Virus record (IMG/VR): IMGVR_UViG_2579778842_000003
Strand: one strand, 5' to 3'
Origin: a virus
Lineage: Duplodnaviria; Heunggongvirae; Uroviricota; Caudoviricetes
Length of the DNA: 64,000 bases
Positions 22,714 through 32,563 of this stretch are shown in pieces. Position 1 is the first letter of the stretch, and every line of letters begins with the position of its first letter. Made by a program: the position numbers and the translations under genes. The notes beneath the pieces are model-generated. The model had not been told where the DNA came from. It saw nothing but the letters and a program-made list of their open reading frames with translations, and made no database searches.

Positions 22714-23103
22714 TTAAATGACCGGACAATCATCAAACTCTCCACTCCGGGCATCATTGATGACATGAGTGATCACACCAAAAACAGCATTACTACCCGT
22801 GTAACCATCGTCATCTACTGGTAACGCCTCTTTCTTCCCGGTGCTTAAATCCTCCAGGTGCTGGCGCGGATACTTCCTGTATCTCTTTATGCGATATTCA
22901 CCCTCCATAGCGCACACAAGCAGAGAACCATCAACCGGAGTAAGCGAGGAATCAACCACCAGCAAAGCACCCTGCAATATTCCCTCACGGTGATGGCTAT
23001 CAGTTGCCCGCATGAAGTAGGTTGCTGATGGATGCCTGATTAGTTGCTGATCAAGAGAAATTCGGCTTTCAACATAATCCGCCGCAGGAGAAGGGAAGCC
23101 CAT
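22714..23103 (-). CDS. humD: HumD, UmuD-like S24 peptidase-family protein
   Basis: 129-aa ORF upstream of phd-doc; UmuD'-like architecture; position and size as P1 humD. Confidence 0.8.
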   Translation of the reverse strand: MGFPSPAADYVESRISLDQQLIRHPSATYFMRATDSHHREGILQGALLVVDSSLTPVDGSLLVCAMEGEYRIKRYRKYPRQHLEDLSTGKKEALPVDDDGYTGSNAVFGVITHVINDARSGEFDDCPVI

Positions 23104-23550
23104 AGCGTTTTCACCTCAATAATACTGTTCATTTATACAGTATACATTAAAGAGACACCTTTGGTGCAAACGCGTTACGTACATCAACCACCGCTGATGA
23201 TTTTGTGCTCTTTGCTACTATTCATCACCAACGGATCAGCGTAACCTCGTTGCCAATCAGTTAATAAGGAGATGCCGCAGCGACCGGATCATCAACAAGA
23301 AATTGTTGCTGAATTTTCCTCAAGGGATGAGATGAATCTCTTCTCATTAAAGCAGGAAGAAAGGGATCGCGTCGAAGTGTCTCCAACTCTCGACCACAAC
23401 CGGATGAACCTGGCCCAACTCGCCTAGTACAGCAAAGAATTAGAGATGTCTATTGCCCGACTTGAAAACGAAAAAGCCGCTATCCAAGTCCAGCACGAAG
23501 TAGTTCTGAACCGGATTAGAGAAATGCAAAACGATAACAGGGGATTTTGA

Positions 23551-23907
23551 ATGGCTAAAGTCGAGTACCATCGCGATCGCGGTAATTACCTGGAAATATA
23601 CGATCATGAATCTCTTAACGATATCAACGATGCGTTATATGAATACTGTGAAAAAACGAGCATCACAGATGCACCTGATGCATTTGTCGAGCTGCCGGTA
23701 TATCTCCGCGACATCTATGCAATACGAACACCGCCCGTATCGGTGATTCACATTGGCTATGTCCGCCTGTCCATCGAAGAAGATGAAGATCGTTATATCG
23801 TGCGCCACTATACATTGGACAGAAAAGAACTTCCTAATGAATGGAACATGAGTAATTTCTACAACGGTGAATATGGCTTAAAATCCGCTAATAATTTACG
23901 GTCATAA
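23551..23907 (+). CDS. hypothetical protein
   Basis: 118-aa ORF with plausible start context; no recognisable motif. Confidence 0.4.
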   Translation: MAKVEYHRDRGNYLEIYDHESLNDINDALYEYCEKTSITDAPDAFVELPVYLRDIYAIRTPPVSVIHIGYVRLSIEEDEDRYIVRHYTLDRKELPNEWNMSNFYNGEYGLKSANNLRS

Positions 23908-24769
23908 TCTATACAGGCATGTATAACAACAACGAGCCTATTAGCTGTCAACAACATTATTTTCTCAAATAAGAAAAAGCAGAAAACAAATTGTTTAAGA
24001 TCACAAATTGTGGCCTTGATGGAGGAGGGAGGCTTATTGGCTATGGCTAAAAATCAAATTAGACACTTCATGTTGCTGTAGCTCATCAAGATCCGAGGCC
24101 ACAAAACCTTTTCCGAAAAACTTCACAAGTAACTCACTAGCTGCATCATTGTCACCTATTACACGAAAGTCATACGGCAACGTCGCAAGTTGACGATGTA
24201 ATCCTGCTGAGAAAGTCGAATCTAACAGCGCCCAGAATTCCCACCGCAGGATAATACTCGCCTCTTAATACTGTATATATGTTGTTACGATATGTTTTTC
24301 TGTCTCTAAAAAAAGATGTTAATAGAATGCTAACCATTGAAGGGGATAAAAATATACAATTCCAACAAACGTTATTTTTAACAATTTTTTTCTTTGCGTT
24401 GACTTTCCCTGACACCTTGTCTGACCGAAGGTGCGCGAAAGCCACTTTTTCCTTCCTGAGTTATCCACAAAGTTATGCACTTGCAAGAGGGCCATTTTCT
24501 ACATATTGTGGTGGCTAACAGATGAAATGAATGTAGATTAATTGAAGATAAGGAGAAAATTTGAGATGCAATCATGACGTTAATAGATAGGGTCTGCATT
24601 ACAGACCCCACCCGCATCAAGGAATTAGCCGTTCCCTGATGTTTTTCCGAAAACATGTGCCGTAAGCTCACGTTAACGACTTTCATTCACCGAATCCAAC
24701 TATATAGGGGTTGGGTTTCTACGTCAACGTGAGCAAGTGCACCTTTACATTTGACAAGGAACCACCTGA

Positions 24770-24907
24770 ATGAACGCTTTTTTTCAGTTCCTGAGTGCAT
24801 TTTTAGATGCGCCTGTTATTAGCCAGATTCTGGCTATTATCCTCATCATCGTTTTGATTTTGCTTTTAAGGTCAGTAAAAAATGGAATTATGCACTGGCT
24901 TACTTAA
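24770..24907 (+). CDS. small hydrophobic peptide ORF (45 aa) in the AT-rich island; possible small membrane toxin-like peptide
   Basis: ATG at 24770 preceded by AAGGA; MNAFFQFLSAFLDAPVISQILAIILIIVLILLLRSVKNGIMHWLT; not in the ORF track because under 60 aa. Confidence 0.3.
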   Translation: MNAFFQFLSAFLDAPVISQILAIILIIVLILLLRSVKNGIMHWLT

Positions 24908-24982
24908 TGTTTCAGTGAAACATTAAAATATCCTTGATGAGGAAACAATCATTTTCTGTATGTGCTGGTGGGCACCTGTAGT

Positions 24983-25345
24983 TCAGCTTTCGTTGGCATT
25001 TAACTTCGTCTTTGCTTTCTCCACCAGCAACTTCCAGATGCCTATTTCATTAGCAGCCGCCTTGATGGCGGCATAAAAAGCATCTTGCTGATCGTAACGC
25101 TGGATCTGTTTTTTCAGTTTTGCCTCCACCAATTTAATTTCATTACGTGCTTTCTGAATCCGCATCACCGCCCGGTTACGTCTGTTCTTGTATAGCGTGT
25201 TAATCTCTGACAATTGCTTTAATTTACCAGCCTGACTGCGGATTATCGCCTCCCTGGCTTCTGCCGTGCGTCTCATCTGATCTCTTAAGAGTTCACCGTT
25301 TTCGATAATTCTTTCAAGGTGTTTGATGTGATCTGCAACTCTCAT
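24983..25345 (-). CDS. hypothetical coiled-coil protein
   Basis: 120-aa ORF; start of a run of tightly packed, often overlapping - strand ORFs. Confidence 0.5.
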   Translation of the reverse strand: MRVADHIKHLERIIENGELLRDQMRRTAEAREAIIRSQAGKLKQLSEINTLYKNRRNRAVMRIQKARNEIKLVEAKLKKQIQRYDQQDAFYAAIKAAANEIGIWKLLVEKAKTKLNANES

Positions 25346-26016
25346 ACTTCACCCTCGCTTGTATCACCAGCGTCCACCAACGACAATAAAGCCCTGGCCA
25401 TCTTATGAACCAACAGTGCATCAATAATGCCAAGCGTATGCCCCGGCTTAATGTTTAATGCTGCCTCAAGATGACACCTTTCCAGACCGCTTTTCTCGGC
25501 TTGTTTATGATGATATGGCGTAATAACGTCGCCCAAAACACGGCTAATTCTTTCTCGTAATTGCTGGGTGCCAGCACACTTGATCGCTGTATCGTGGAGA
25601 CGGTTAACCAGTTCGCGATAAACATGCGGTTTAATGCGGATACGTTCACCGGTGACGCCCTTTCCTGGCCCTGGCACCGAACTATCCGGAATATCCGGAT
25701 AGTTGCCAGCCTCGTAAGCTACCCGCAGCCAGTGCATGAATGTTTCAGTAGACACACAACCACAGTCCACATCGATTTTTCCGCGTTGCTGTTCCAGCCA
25801 CTGCTCAAAATTCAATCTACACGTATTACTTTCATGTTGCTCTTTTTGTCTTAAGGCCAGCACCTGTTGGGCCAGTTCCAGAACGATACCGGGTGACGCT
25901 AACCTCTCAAATTCCAATAAATAGTTTGCGTCAGGATGACAAGTAGCCTCGCCTGCAAAAAATACCAATTGCTGTAAGTATGCTGTCGTTAGAGTAGTCA
26001 TTTCTTTTTGCGCCAT
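25342..26016 (-). CDS. hypothetical protein
   Basis: 224-aa ORF overlapping the downstream start by 4 nt (coupled). Confidence 0.5.
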   Translation of the reverse strand: MAQKEMTTLTTAYLQQLVFFAGEATCHPDANYLLEFERLASPGIVLELAQQVLALRQKEQHESNTCRLNFEQWLEQQRGKIDVDCGCVSTETFMHWLRVAYEAGNYPDIPDSSVPGPGKGVTGERIRIKPHVYRELVNRLHDTAIKCAGTQQLRERISRVLGDVITPYHHKQAEKSGLERCHLEAALNIKPGHTLGIIDALLVHKMARALLSLVDAGDTSEGEV

Positions 26017-26372
26017 TTCTTTTCACATTCCTTAGTCCATTTTTCAATGTTCATTTTGGCAATATCAGTCATTCCATCACCTAAGAAATACTTTTTCCGG
26101 TACGTCTTGCACTTAAACCACACTACAACAGCCACCAGCCAGAAAATAAAAGGCCATACAGCAATACCAACGACAGCCGCGATAAAGCCCAATAGCCATA
26201 AATGAAGCTCTCCAACTTCTGTTTCCGGCAATATTCTTAAAGAATTAAACAGCAGGCTGAACGAATGGTCGTATGCATTGGCAGTATAAGACATGCAATC
26301 CATATAATTAAAGTCATAGCCTGCGGCTGCCGCCCATAATGGGCGGTCAAGAAAATGTTTTAGTGTCATCAT
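25998..26372 (-). CDS. predicted membrane protein
   Basis: 124-aa ORF with a long hydrophobic segment (LWLLGFIAAVVGIAVWPFIFWLVAVVVWF) and a basic C-terminus. Confidence 0.45.
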   Translation of the reverse strand: MMTLKHFLDRPLWAAAAGYDFNYMDCMSYTANAYDHSFSLLFNSLRILPETEVGELHLWLLGFIAAVVGIAVWPFIFWLVAVVVWFKCKTYRKKYFLGDGMTDIAKMNIEKWTKECEKKWRKKK

Positions 26373-26378
26373 ATAAAT

Positions 26379-26768
26379 TTAAGGTTCAGACCAGTTATCT
26401 TCAATAGCAATGCTTAATCTTTGTAGCCATTCTGCTAATTTCAGCATTGCTTCTCTTTCGCTTAAACCACGAGGAAAATCATCAAGCGAAATTGTTGGCT
26501 TGAATCCCCCGCAATTATCCATTTCAACTGTCAGATTTTGTTCCAGCACGGTATTTCTTACGCGGCTATTGTGCCGGAGCAAATATACTGAGCATGATTT
26601 ATTGGTTTTGTGGTCTAGCTTATATTCGGTAAGTATCATCTGGCTTTTGCCATGATTATTACCTCTCCACATACTTACCTCACTTAATAAAACAACTCCA
26701 TGCGTAGTTGATGATTTTTTCCCACGTAATATAAATCTGCACTCCGGCAGTAAAACCAAAGCCAACAA
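26379..26768 (-). CDS. hypothetical protein
   Basis: 129-aa ORF; start uncertain. Confidence 0.4.
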   Translation of the reverse strand: MLALVLLPECRFILRGKKSSTTHGVVLLSEVSMWRGNNHGKSQMILTEYKLDHKTNKSCSVYLLRHNSRVRNTVLEQNLTVEMDNCGGFKPTISLDDFPRGLSEREAMLKLAEWLQRLSIAIEDNWSEP

Positions 26769-26850
26769 TTGCTGAAAAAATCAAAACATTTACTTTTGAC
26801 ATTATAAACTTTCTCTCGGTGTCGTAGGTGATAGCACCATAATTGATAAT

Positions 26851-27084
26851 TTAGTGAGTTAGCAGTTCCATTTTTTTGATGATTTCCGCATGAGCATCAT
26901 CGTTATCAACACTTAGCTCGTTTAATGCTTCTCGCACTACATCAACTTCTTCAGGCTGAAAGAAGTCGTCGCGGTAATCACCAAATAGAACCGAAACCAG
27001 CCTGCTACCAGCAACATCAAGATTGGCGCTAACAGGTGGCTCTTTGCCATCCTCAAATTCGACTACAAAAGTTAATTTTCCCAT
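26851..27084 (-). CDS. small acidic hypothetical protein
   Basis: 77-aa ORF. Confidence 0.45.
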   Translation of the reverse strand: MGKLTFVVEFEDGKEPPVSANLDVAGSRLVSVLFGDYRDDFFQPEEVDVVREALNELSVDNDDAHAEIIKKMELLTH

Positions 27085-27160
27085 CGTTACCCCCAGAAGA
27101 TAAAAATAGCGGCAATCGCCATAGCTACGCCTACAATCGCAAATGCTTCAGGCCAGCTTA

Positions 27161-27421
27161 TTACCTCACCTCCAGTCTCCATACCGCCTGACCAATCCGG
27201 CTGGCATGGGTATCTTTGGATACTGTTCCATCTTTAGCCAGCTCCATAAGAATTTTGCGCAAATCTGCCGAACGCCATTCTTCATCAGGAAATTCCTTCT
27301 CCATTGCCAACCGCAGATTCCAGGTTGCTATCGTGAATGGATATTCCCCGCCGAGAGCTTTCTCTTGCAGGGCAGCACGGGAACGTATCACCTGCAAAAC
27401 CTTCTCTTTTACATCCATCAT
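27161..27421 (-). CDS. hypothetical protein
   Basis: ORF 27161..27493 trimmed to Met-25 (MMDVKEKV), which abuts the upstream stop. Confidence 0.45.
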   Translation of the reverse strand: MMDVKEKVLQVIRSRAALQEKALGGEYPFTIATWNLRLAMEKEFPDEEWRSADLRKILMELAKDGTVSKDTHASRIGQAVWRLEVR

Positions 27422-28605
27422 TTTGCCTCCTGCGGCGGTTCTGGTAGCGGCATCCAGTGTGATGGTATCCACGACGCACCAGGTATTACCCACCCATCAT
27501 TAGCGTCAGGATGCCCCGGGATGTAAGTCGCCCATTTCATTCGCCAGTCACCTTTCCTGTCAAACTCCCTGGCAACAAGAACGGCTGTTTTGGTATCCGG
27601 CATTCGCTCACTACAGCTTATCCAACTATCCGGAATTACCGGAAAGTTGCGCATTGCGACCTTTAATGCCTCATAGAAGCACTCTTTCAAATTGTTGAAC
27701 TGACACCCATTTAGAGGACCGTGTTCAGTCAGCATGTTGTGTAATTTCCATGCCGCGTCGTTTACTGCGTTGGATGACATGGGAGGCAACTTGTAAGCCT
27801 GGCTTACAGGCTCGGAACCATGAAGAATGGCGGCGCGGCAGGCATCCTCTACGCCCTTAACTGCATCTGCGCAGTAGTTATAGCGATTGCATTCCACTAA
27901 CTTCTGCTTGAGATTTTCAATTGCTTGTGCGACATCAGCCTGTATTGGTGGAACGGCTGTCTGCTGCTCTCGAACGTCATTAGTCGCTATCGGTTCTGCT
28001 GCCAACTGACTGGCATATTTGTTAATGGTAACGATAAGCTCTTGCTCAGCCTCATCCAGACAATCACCGATACCTCGTCTGTCGCCGTCAAAATCATCGA
28101 AATCAGCACGAACTCTGGCAAACTTCAGGATTGCGGACAACACCTCACCAGGAATTACCGGAGAGTTGGTTGACGTTTCCGCAATTTCCCGAAAATTATT
28201 GGTTGACGCATTCGCGTTTTTCCGAAAGTTTCCGGCATGAAGCATAGCCGCGCGGCAGGCGTTCCAGCCTCTCACCTCTGCAATAGCGGCAACAGCATCG
28301 ACCGCGTACATGCTAAGAGGGTTAGGCATTGGTTTTTCTTCCGGTACTACTGGCGCTGGAGGGGCAGTGTAAAGCTGGTGCGTTCCATCAGGTAGCGAGT
28401 GACCCACATACTCACCGACCCCGTCAATACACATGCCCCCATCTTCAACAATGCATTCCGCTACAGGCTCTGCTTCCAGTGATGCCAGCGCAATCCGTGC
28501 CAGCTCTTCCGCTTCTTCTGCTGGCAGTACAACGTTGCTACCAGGTCCGTATGTTTCGCGCCACTCCTTGATTGTCAGCAGTCGCTCTTTGGTAATAGTG
28601 ATCAT
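27418..28605 (-). CDS. hypothetical protein with DUF551-like Trp-rich C-terminal domain
   Basis: 395 aa; C-terminus WISCSERMPDTKTAVLV...HWMPLPEPP resembles the DUF551 family as recalled. Confidence 0.5.
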   Translation of the reverse strand: MITITKERLLTIKEWRETYGPGSNVVLPAEEAEELARIALASLEAEPVAECIVEDGGMCIDGVGEYVGHSLPDGTHQLYTAPPAPVVPEEKPMPNPLSMYAVDAVAAIAEVRGWNACRAAMLHAGNFRKNANASTNNFREIAETSTNSPVIPGEVLSAILKFARVRADFDDFDGDRRGIGDCLDEAEQELIVTINKYASQLAAEPIATNDVREQQTAVPPIQADVAQAIENLKQKLVECNRYNYCADAVKGVEDACRAAILHGSEPVSQAYKLPPMSSNAVNDAAWKLHNMLTEHGPLNGCQFNNLKECFYEALKVAMRNFPVIPDSWISCSERMPDTKTAVLVAREFDRKGDWRMKWATYIPGHPDANDGWVIPGASWIPSHWMPLPEPPQEAK

Positions 28606-29117
28606 GCCGCGTTTCCTTCTTTCTTATTAACAATTACACCGTCATATATTTCATTAAGGTGCCCTCTCAACTCCATGCGCCTTAATGCAGATAACATGTA
28701 ATCGCATTCAACCTGCTTATTCCCAATAAAAGGTTTATCTTCAGGGTTACCCCAACAGCAATTCCCCTTGGGCCATCCATGTACTTTCCGTACTCTTCCG
28801 TTAACAACGTGAAGTAATCCCCAGCCAGGAGGTAAATCCTCAATTGAAATAATTCCCGGCTCACTAATAAAGAATCGCCAGTCGCCCATGCCAAGTGAGG
28901 GATTTTTACGGAAACGCTTTTTTCTATCTGCCAACAAATCAGCACGAGAACACTTCGCCTCTATCAGGCATGATGCTGAATTTCTGAATCCCATAGCATC
29001 TGGCTGTTCTCCGGTACTGGTTACAGCTATAAAGCGGTCATGAAAACAAACCTTGAACCCGTTGCGCTTAAGGAACTTGTACGCAATCTGACAGAGTTCG
29101 CGGTGTGTTAACGCCAT
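28602..29117 (-). CDS. putative PD-(D/E)xK-type nuclease
   Basis: Start at MALTHREL; TGEQPDAMGF ... CLIEAKCS gives a D/E ... PD ... E-x-K pattern. Confidence 0.45.
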   Translation of the reverse strand: MALTHRELCQIAYKFLKRNGFKVCFHDRFIAVTSTGEQPDAMGFRNSASCLIEAKCSRADLLADRKKRFRKNPSLGMGDWRFFISEPGIISIEDLPPGWGLLHVVNGRVRKVHGWPKGNCCWGNPEDKPFIGNKQVECDYMLSALRRMELRGHLNEIYDGVIVNKKEGNAA

Positions 29118-29118
29118 A

Positions 29119-29787
29119 TCACTCTCCTTTGATGCGAATGCCAGCGGCGCGTGGCACATTAACTTCCACGATGCGCACAGTTGGTTTGTACATCTCAATC
29201 GCAGTCAGCCAGTCAGCGCCAGTCATGCGCTTTTCTGCATCGCCATTAGTCCACTTAACCGGTACACCAATAGCCTTCATCGCGATTTCTATTTCCCCGG
29301 CAATGGCGCTTTTTCCGCAACCAGTAAAACCAGATACAACGACCAGAACTTCACCTTTGGCTGGTTTTATTTCCCGCGCTTCCAGTTCTGCTATGCGCTT
29401 ACTTCCATCCGAGATAACACCTTCGTAATACTCACGCTGCTCGTTGAGTTTTGATTTTGCTTCCTCAAGCTCAACTCTCAGCTTCCCTACCGTTAGCGCA
29501 ATATCCTCGTTCTCCTGGTCACGGCGTTTGATGTATTGCTGGTTTCTTTCCCGTTCATCCAGTAGTGCCAGCACGGTTTCTGGTCCGGCCAGAAATTTGA
29601 AGGCGTTGAGCGCATCAATATCCACACCGTAATCTTTAAGTTCCTGTTCACTTAACAAATCATCATCAGCTGGCAACATTAACAGGCGTTCCATTGCTGG
29701 AATTGCACGTTCCGCCGCCTCACGCAGTGCCTGATAGTCAATCTTGCTCACTGGTTGCCTCCTTGGCGGAGTTGCGCTGCGATGCAT
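29119..29787 (-). CDS. coiled-coil protein with C-terminal P-loop (Walker A GFTGCGKS)
   Basis: 222-aa ORF; Walker A motif in the C-terminal third. Confidence 0.5.
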   Translation of the reverse strand: MHRSATPPRRQPVSKIDYQALREAAERAIPAMERLLMLPADDDLLSEQELKDYGVDIDALNAFKFLAGPETVLALLDERERNQQYIKRRDQENEDIALTVGKLRVELEEAKSKLNEQREYYEGVISDGSKRIAELEAREIKPAKGEVLVVVSGFTGCGKSAIAGEIEIAMKAIGVPVKWTNGDAEKRMTGADWLTAIEMYKPTVRIVEVNVPRAAGIRIKGE

Positions 29788-29987
29788 GAAAAAAAAGACT
29801 CCCGAGTGTGACAGTTAAGAGCTGGTGCGAACGCCGCGTTAAGAACGGCGGCATCACAGCCGTCATCAATATAGAGCGCAATTTTTTTCTCCAGGCGCGC
29901 TTTGGCTTCCTGCAACTGCATACCCCGGCACGCACGCGGGATATAATCAGCAATTTGAGCGATAGCTTTTTCGTTCTGTTTAAACAT
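29748..29987 (-). CDS. hypothetical small protein
   Basis: 79-aa ORF overlapping neighbours; weak. Confidence 0.3.
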   Translation of the reverse strand: MFKQNEKAIAQIADYIPRACRGMQLQEAKARLEKKIALYIDDGCDAAVLNAAFAPALNCHTRESFFSCIAAQLRQGGNQ

Positions 29988-30183
29988 GCTTCACCTCGAT
30001 AGGCTTGATGGTGTCTAACAGCAGTCGGCGGCGCGTATTTTCTGCAAAATGGCGGCGCCCAGTTTCTTTGTGGTAAAACTCGTTTTTGCCGACGACCCAC
30101 ATCCGCTCTGTTTGGTGCAGTTTTTTTACCTTCGGGCCATCTTTGGTGATCACGGTACCGGTATGGGTTTTTACGATTGTCAT
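29980..30183 (-). CDS. hypothetical small basic protein
   Basis: 67-aa ORF coupled to the upstream PAPS-reductase-like gene (stop/start overlap). Confidence 0.4.
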   Translation of the reverse strand: MTIVKTHTGTVITKDGPKVKKLHQTERMWVVGKNEFYHKETGRRHFAENTRRRLLLDTIKPIEVKHV

Positions 30184-31058
30184 TCCACTACCTCTTCGAA
30201 TTTCAACTCCAATTGGTCACCCCAGATTTCACATGATTCGGAACACGAACCAGTATCAAACCGCTTGGCCAGCACCATCGCCTGATACAAATTTCTGTAG
30301 TCACTGTCGGCATACATTCTGGCAATCCCGTCAAGCGTCAGGTGGCCACGGTACATAACGTCTTTACCTGTTCTGCGCTGACCATCCCTGACGTGTTTGC
30401 CTGTAACCAGTTCATTAAAAACCCGCATCAGACCTGGTTCGTCTTTACATGCAAGCCCCAGCTTTTGCGTTGACTTTTTGATGCAAAAAACACAGTTCCC
30501 GAGGTGCTCCGGGATTTGCAAATCAAAAGGTTGTTTTCGCCACCACCGGATAACATCCGACTTATCAAAATCTGACAGTTCGGCAAGATACCGGACGCCC
30601 GGTTTCGGTTTCAGCCTACGGGGTTCGTCCGCACGAATACCGAGCCATGTGATGTAATTCCCTCGCCCAAAATGATCATCGCAATATTTCGTGAAAGGGG
30701 TGAGTTTTAGCCTGTCGGTACAGAACGCGCCGCCGATGTATGGCGTACCGTACTTTTTAACCATGTCCATAAACGGTTTAAGCACCGGCATTCGCGTCTG
30801 AATATCCTTTGGTTCCCATTCCGTATAACCATTTGGCTGCCCAAGTTCTGGATTTATATCGACCTGCAACACCGTTAGCGGTACGTTCCAGAACTTCACA
30901 ACCTCACGAATAAAGCGATACGTCAGAGGATGTTCACAGCCGGTATCCATAAAAATGAAATGGACGCTAGCGCCAGCTTTTCGCTGTGCTTCCATCAGAT
31001 GAACGAGATAAGCCGATGTTCGTCCACCTGAAAAGCTGACAACTTGATGCATACTCAC
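30180..31058 (-). CDS. PAPS reductase-like / PP-loop ATP pyrophosphatase family protein
   Basis: 292 aa; N-terminal SFSGGRTSAYL (SGGxDS-type PP-loop). Confidence 0.7.
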   Translation of the reverse strand: MSMHQVVSFSGGRTSAYLVHLMEAQRKAGASVHFIFMDTGCEHPLTYRFIREVVKFWNVPLTVLQVDINPELGQPNGYTEWEPKDIQTRMPVLKPFMDMVKKYGTPYIGGAFCTDRLKLTPFTKYCDDHFGRGNYITWLGIRADEPRRLKPKPGVRYLAELSDFDKSDVIRWWRKQPFDLQIPEHLGNCVFCIKKSTQKLGLACKDEPGLMRVFNELVTGKHVRDGQRRTGKDVMYRGHLTLDGIARMYADSDYRNLYQAMVLAKRFDTGSCSESCEIWGDQLELKFEEVVE

Positions 31059-31061
31059 GGT

Positions 31062-31790
31062 TTATTCCTGAATGCGCTTAAACTCGATTACCCACACCCA
31101 GGGATTAGCGTTCCAGCTTTCTTCACCATAGATGGATTCCCACAGGCGCTGGAACGCAACCTTGGCCATTGCGAAATCCCCCTTGGGAGTAAGGAATGTT
31201 CCCGGGTGATCAGGAAGCAAACTTCCAGCAGGCGGAACGCCCTCATCCCTTGCATCGCATTCGCTGATATCGTTCAACCGCTCAACGCGCACGTTGGTAA
31301 TTTCCAACAGGATGCGTGATGCCCATCGCGGCATGTGAATTGATGGACGCCACCCACCATCAAACTTTTCATTCACTGTGTGAGGTTTCCAGTCGGCATC
31401 ATCTGGTATCGACCATAAACCGTAATCACCAGGCTTTTGCTCACAACTGGCCCGATAAATCCTTGCTGCGTTCTTCTCATCGCCACGACAAAGGTTGTCG
31501 TTCCAGTCCACACTGCAACCATCTTCATTGCCTAATATCGCCCATGTTTCACGAACCCAAATTCGATCGCCGACGATACCAAAGGGGCAATTGAAAACAC
31601 TGCTTACACCATCAGCCCCGTACCACTGAAAACCTGCACCAATTTTTCTAACCATCACTGGTGCTTCTGGACCAACTTCCGCAGGCTGATTTTTCATTAT
31701 CCGCCGCGTCTGCGTTTTCCTTCCTTCGAGGATGGCCCGGACCATCTCATCGTTGAAAATCATGCCGCGCTCTTTCACTTCGCCTTTCAT
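31062..31790 (-). CDS. hypothetical protein, ASCH/PUA-like (tentative)
   Basis: 242 aa; N-terminal MIFNDEMVRAILEGRKTQTRR as in ASCH-like phage proteins as recalled; start may be Met-10. Confidence 0.45.
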   Translation of the reverse strand: MKGEVKERGMIFNDEMVRAILEGRKTQTRRIMKNQPAEVGPEAPVMVRKIGAGFQWYGADGVSSVFNCPFGIVGDRIWVRETWAILGNEDGCSVDWNDNLCRGDEKNAARIYRASCEQKPGDYGLWSIPDDADWKPHTVNEKFDGGWRPSIHMPRWASRILLEITNVRVERLNDISECDARDEGVPPAGSLLPDHPGTFLTPKGDFAMAKVAFQRLWESIYGEESWNANPWVWVIEFKRIQE

Positions 31791-31968
31791 GCATCCCCCT
31801 TACCCATGCGCGACGATGCCGCCAAAAGTGATAGAGAACAGCCAGAAATAGATCGCGGCCATAATGATTTTGAATGCCGTGTTCATATTTTCAGCTCCTG
31901 TGATTGATTGGATACATGCCGCGCCTTGCGGCATGTTTTTATTTTCACTTTCTCTGTTTTAAAAATCA

Positions 31969-31985
31969 AGATTTATTAGAGCAAT
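31969..31985 (-). promoter_or_regulatory. C1 operator upstream of the ASCH-like / PAPS-reductase-like operon
   Basis: - strand reads ATTGCTCTAATAAATCT (15/17 match to consensus). Confidence 0.6.
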
Positions 31986-32491
31986 TATTGTTGATGAAGA
32001 AGCGCATTTTCATACTCCCTGACCATTAACGTAAGCACGCCGTGCCTCCTGAAAACACGCGCCACTTCAATCTTATCTTCCAGCGCGAACGCGATTTTAC
32101 TTAGACCAATTTTCTTAAGGAGATCAATCTTTGCTGGGCCGTCATTTCTGTCATCGGTGGCAGGACGCATAGATAGCAAAGGCTCAGCCCCGTTTGTTAC
32201 GTACTTCCGCAGCCAGGCTCGTGTTTTATCCCTTGCGATCTCACAGCGCCCGGTTACAAACCAGACCGTGTAAACGCTAAATAACTGGCGCACCATATCA
32301 ATAACTGGAGTGATGGGAGTATCGGTGTCACAGGCGAGATTAAACTCGTTCCAGTCCTTTGTTAATGCACCTTTACTTGGTGGCGGAAGCAAATGCAGTC
32401 TGTCTTCAGTTGCCTCTGATATTGTTCCATCAATATCGACTATGACGATATACGGACGTTCCTGGTGTGCATGTTTATTGAAAATACTCAA
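31985..32491 (-). CDS. HAD-superfamily phosphatase-like protein
   Basis: 168 aa; DxDGT motif (IVIVDIDGTI) near the N-terminus. Confidence 0.6.
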   Translation of the reverse strand: MSIFNKHAHQERPYIVIVDIDGTISEATEDRLHLLPPPSKGALTKDWNEFNLACDTDTPITPVIDMVRQLFSVYTVWFVTGRCEIARDKTRAWLRKYVTNGAEPLLSMRPATDDRNDGPAKIDLLKKIGLSKIAFALEDKIEVARVFRRHGVLTLMVREYENALLHQQ

Positions 32492-32563
32492 ATGCCCTCC
32501 TCATTGGATGAAAAAAATGCTGGTGGGCGCACTCCACCAGCATTAAAAGTGACACTGTAACTA

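Noticed and set aside
24170-24445. 91-aa - strand ORF in the AT-rich island.
   Set aside because: Low-complexity AT-driven translation with no SD and overlap with promoter-like sequence; more likely non-coding.
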